From Utricularia gibba (Eukaryota; Plantae; Magnoliophyta), in the NCBI GenBank assembly GCA_002189035.1, contig NEEC01000002.1, positions 3,596,001-3,660,000 on the forward strand: a DNA stretch of 64,000 nt, written 5' to 3'. Each line of letters begins with the position of its first letter. The stretch's first letter is position 1. Under the pieces are notes generated by a model that did no database searches, had not been told where the DNA came from, and saw nothing but the letters and a program-made list of their open reading frames with translations. The position numbers and the translations under genes were made by a program. Of the stretch, positions 60,301 through 64,000 are shown in pieces.

Positions 60301-62605
60301 GGAATTGAAAATATACAGGTGAATGAGAACTCAAAATCAACTTCTGAACTCTTTCATGAAGATTCAAATCAAGTAAATGATCAGTATTCAGATGAGAATT
60401 TCCTACCTCCAGAAGAGGAGAAGGTCACAAATGAAGACGACTCACCCAATGAGAATTTAGGATCAATCTTAGAACCCTTATATGAACAATCACATCAGAC
60501 CAATGGTCAATATTCAGATGGGAATTTCGAAGTCCCAGAAGAGGAGCAAGGGACGAATGCAGAAGACTTATCAACAGATGAATCTGATGGAGAGGAACCT
60601 TATATTGATGATGAAGATTATTACCCATCTGATCGTGATTGGCAAGGAAAGAAACGCAATTGAATGATGATGTTCAAGATGCTATAGCTGATATTTTGGC
60701 TGGATTATTGACAGGAGATCCAACATCATTTGGAGTGGGTGTACAAAATCCGATATGGAGAGATGCCATGAAGGAAGAAATGAATTCTATACTTGAAAAT
60801 GAAACATGGGAGTTAGTTGATAAACTCAAGGATAGGGGTTTCAAACCTATTGGCCTCAAGTGGTTATTCAAAACCAAGATGAATGCAGATGGCTTTGTTA
60901 ACAAATATAAGACTAGATTAGAAGCCAAGGATATAGTCAGATCAAAGGAATAAATTTTCATGAGATTTTTGCACCAGTAGCAAGATTTGACACGATTAAA
61001 GTACTCGTTGCCATTTCAGCTGCTCATGGATGGAAAGTGCATCACATGGATGTGAAGACTGCGTTTTTGAATGGTGTGTTGGAGGAGGTTGTTTTTGTTG
61101 AACAACCAAAGGGCTTTGAAGTGTCAGGTCATGAAGACAAAATATTGAAGCTAAAGAAATCTCTCTATGGGTTGAAACAAGCTCCTAGAGCATGGAATGA
61201 ACGCATGGATAACTTTCTCCAGGGTATTGGTTTCAGAAAAACATATAGTGATTACTCACTGTATGTTAAAGGAAAAGGAGATGAGCGTTTATTTGTTAGC
61301 CTATTTGTGGATGATCTTATGATTACCTCAGGTGATGAAAGGAAGATAGAAGAATTCAAAGCTCTGCTAAAAAATGAATTTAAGATAATTGACCTTGGAA
61401 TAATGTCCTACTATCTAGGCATGGAAATTCATCAACTTGCAGGTGTTGGAACATTCATATCTCAGAAGAAGTACTGTAATGAACTCCTTGAGAGGTTTGG
61501 ATTCAAAGATGTCAATCCTTCAAAAACCTCCTTGGATTACAAACAGGTGATTGGAGAAAACAATCAGGGAAGGAATGTGGATGCTACTACTTATAGAAGT
61601 ATGATTGGAAGCCTCATCTATCTCCAGTATACAAGGCCTGACCTATGTTTTTTGTGTAAATGTATTATCTCACTTTCTCAACAAACCAACAACAACTCAT
61701 ATGGCAGCTGTGAAAAGAGCTTTCAGGTACATAAAATCTACTACTGATTTCAGATTGTTCTATCCCTATGAAGGTGAAAAACCAGTCTTGAAACTTAGAG
61801 CCTACACAGATAGTGATTATGCTATGCCTGAAGATAGCAAGAGTACATATGGTGCACTCTTCTTCTTAAATAAGAGCCTTGTAGTTTGGTTTTCGAAGAA
61901 ACAAAAGGTGGTAGCACAATCAACAGCTGAAGCAGAATACATCTCAGCAGCACATGCTTCGAACTATGTGTTTGGTTGAGATAGATGTTGAACGAACTTG
62001 GATTCATACAAAAGGAAGCTACACATCTACTTATGGATAATCGAGCTGCAATCTCCATTGCCAAGGATCCAACAAATTTCAGCAAAGCCAAACACATAAG
62101 AATAAGGTATCATGTCATAAGGAATTACATCAAGGAAAAGAAGATCAAAGTGCAGTATGTTGAGAGTGGGAATCAGCTTGCTGATGGGCTTACCAAAGGT
62201 TTGAACATAGTTCAATTTGAGCTAGCAAGGAAGAACATGAATCTCATGACTATGGAAGGCTTTCTCAAGTTGGAAGATCTCAATCTTGGGGGGGGGGGGG
62301 GAGTGTTGGAGATCAGCCTCAATCCAAATCTTGAAGGTGATTGGAAGCACTAACCTTGTGTTATAAAGTCATGTTTCAATTAAAAAGGTGTTGGGTTCGA
62401 GTTGTTGGGCTTTTTGTATGTTTTTAATGATTGTGGCTTACTGTTGGGAAATCTAGGTATTGGATATATATAAACCCTACTAGAAACTGGTGTGAATTAG
62501 GTTTTCGGTCATTATTATTGTTCATGAGTTGTTTTTCATCCAAAGTAATCTCATAAGAATTATCCCTTTGTTCCTTTCCAAGACTTTATCTTTCTTGCAT
62601 CAACA
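57319..62605 (+). mobile_element. Full-length but inactivated Ty1/copia retrotransposon with short LTRs
   Basis: 302-bp LTRs at 57319-57620 and 62304-62605. TSD TATGT/TATGC. PBS TGGTATCAGAG (tRNA-iMet) at 57621-57631; PPT G14AG at 62288-62303. Confidence 0.96.
57731..62290 (+). pseudogene. Copia gag-pol polyprotein with many stops and frameshifts
   Basis: gag (PPIFDGSEYGSW...WDVVE), three CCHC knuckles, protease (WYLDSG), GAG-pre-integrase (SLWHKCFGH), integrase (LELVHSDVCG, FVTFIDD), RT (HHMDVKTAFLNG, LKKSLYGLKQAPRAW, LFVDDL) and RNase H (YTDSD, STAEAEYISA, KHIRIRYH). Confidence 0.95.
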
Positions 62606-63197
62606 TATGCGATTTTTATATTTCATTTTTACATTTAAAATGGATATAAACATTTTATAAGAAACAATGTAATTCTTTGAAAAATAGTTTTTTTAACTTA
62701 CAATATTTGATCTATTTTAATTTCACAGTCGATAAATAAATTAATGAATTTATTTTATGGTATGTCCATCAAAAACTCCCTACAAACTAATTCCCACAAC
62801 TTTTATTAGTTCTCCTTTCTTTTTTGATTAAATAATCATGTGTTTTTTTTCAAATAAATTATAAAAAAATTTAAAATATATTTTTTATGAGTGTAAATTT
62901 TAGAAATTTTTAAAATATGGGATATATATTTTAAATGGAAATAATTTGATGTTTCAAAATTCAGGAAATTAGTTCTATTTGAAAATATATATCCCAAATT
63001 TTAAAAATTTACAATCATAAAAAATATAATTGAAAATTTTTTATGATTTATTTGAAAAAAATACATAAGTATTTAATTAAAAAAAGGAGGGCAAATGATA
63101 GTTGTGTCAGTTAATTTTGACGAATTTTTTATTTAAATGTCATAAAATGAGTTCATTGATTAAATTCCTTATTAAATTATAGACTAGCTAACGTATT

Positions 63198-64000
63198 TGT
63201 TGTGGTTGAAAATCGGAGCAACGGCAAGGATCGATTTTCAGTCATGGATGTGGCTGGACGCGTCATATTCGACTAAGATTTCAGTGTATTGTGTGGCGTA
63301 ATCCGGTTAATAGAGATGAAAGGAGGCAAGGATTTTAATGTGGAAATCGTTAGAGGACGGAAAAATTATAGAGCTCGCCGAAAAATAACTTTACTAGATG
63401 GAGATGGGAAGAGATACAAGTCATGGAGCTTGGAGTTGAACCTTTTCTTCCTCGGAGTTTCTAGCATTTATCGTAGAAGTTGACCTGACCGAATTCTGAA
63501 TCCTAAAGATCACGTTGGTAAAGAAAACGTTGCGAAAAACAGAATCAGACCTCAAATTAAATGCTGAAAAACATGGTAAGACAGTCACACGCGCAGGACT
63601 TGAGTAAGCAAGGCTTCACAGCAGATCCTCAGCCACAAGCGCTCACACGCGCATGCTAGACTATAAAGAACAAAAGTTGATGAAAAACGAAAGGAAATGA
63701 ATCCAAAACATGCTAGACTCTACTCTAAACCCTAGATTGACTCTCTGGTCGTCCACCATTCGCTCCTTTAGTCTTCGTGTTTGGATTTTTATATAATGGT
63801 GGGGATTTGTTGAGCTTTCTTGATGGGCTCGCATCAAATCTTCTATCCGAATCTTCTAAGATTTGATACAAATCTTCTAGGATGAGATCCAAATTTTCCA
63901 AGATAAGATGTGAATCTTATCTTATCCGAGAATCTTTGACCGAGTCTTCATTCGGATGGACCAAATCTTTGTCTCCATCAAAGTAGCTCGAAAATCCCCC
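63198..64000. mobile_element. LTR-like repeat (probably Ty3/gypsy) running off the window end
   Basis: An abrupt switch from AT-rich DNA at TGTTGTGGTTGAAAATCGG. 63505-64000 is homologous to 38990-39480. Lineage not determined. Confidence 0.6.

Overview
This is AT-rich flowering-plant (eudicot-like) nuclear DNA; the species cannot be identified from the sequence. It has three compartments. (1) 1-40.6 kb is a graveyard of nested, decayed transposons around one intact cytosolic enolase gene (ENO2/LOS2 type, 15 exons, 444 aa, one GC-AG intron). The transposons are MULE, PIF/Harbinger and hAT remnants, several solo or truncated LTRs (two with perfect TSDs, others degenerate or absent), and a degenerate Athila-type Ty3/gypsy element with a tRNA-Asp PBS and an extra env-like ORF. 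(2) About 40.6-56.8 kb is a compact gene island, mostly GC-rich and with no recognisable TE. It holds a PETAL LOSS-like GT-2 trihelix factor, a short TRM27/28-like DUF4378 gene, a GRF3/4-like growth-regulating factor and a complete 21-exon MRE11 (720 aa). (3) 57.3-64 kb holds an old full-length Ty1/copia element (302-bp LTRs, about 87% identical by hand count) and an LTR-like repeat cut by the window edge. Exon models were built by hand from splice sites and reading-frame continuity. I did not find a clearly new biological system. The best leads are a synonymous variant miR396 site in the GRF, a PPR fragment captured next to a Harbinger Myb/SANT ORF, unexplained GC-rich noncoding islands around PTL, and the GRF/MRE11 tail-to-tail pair.
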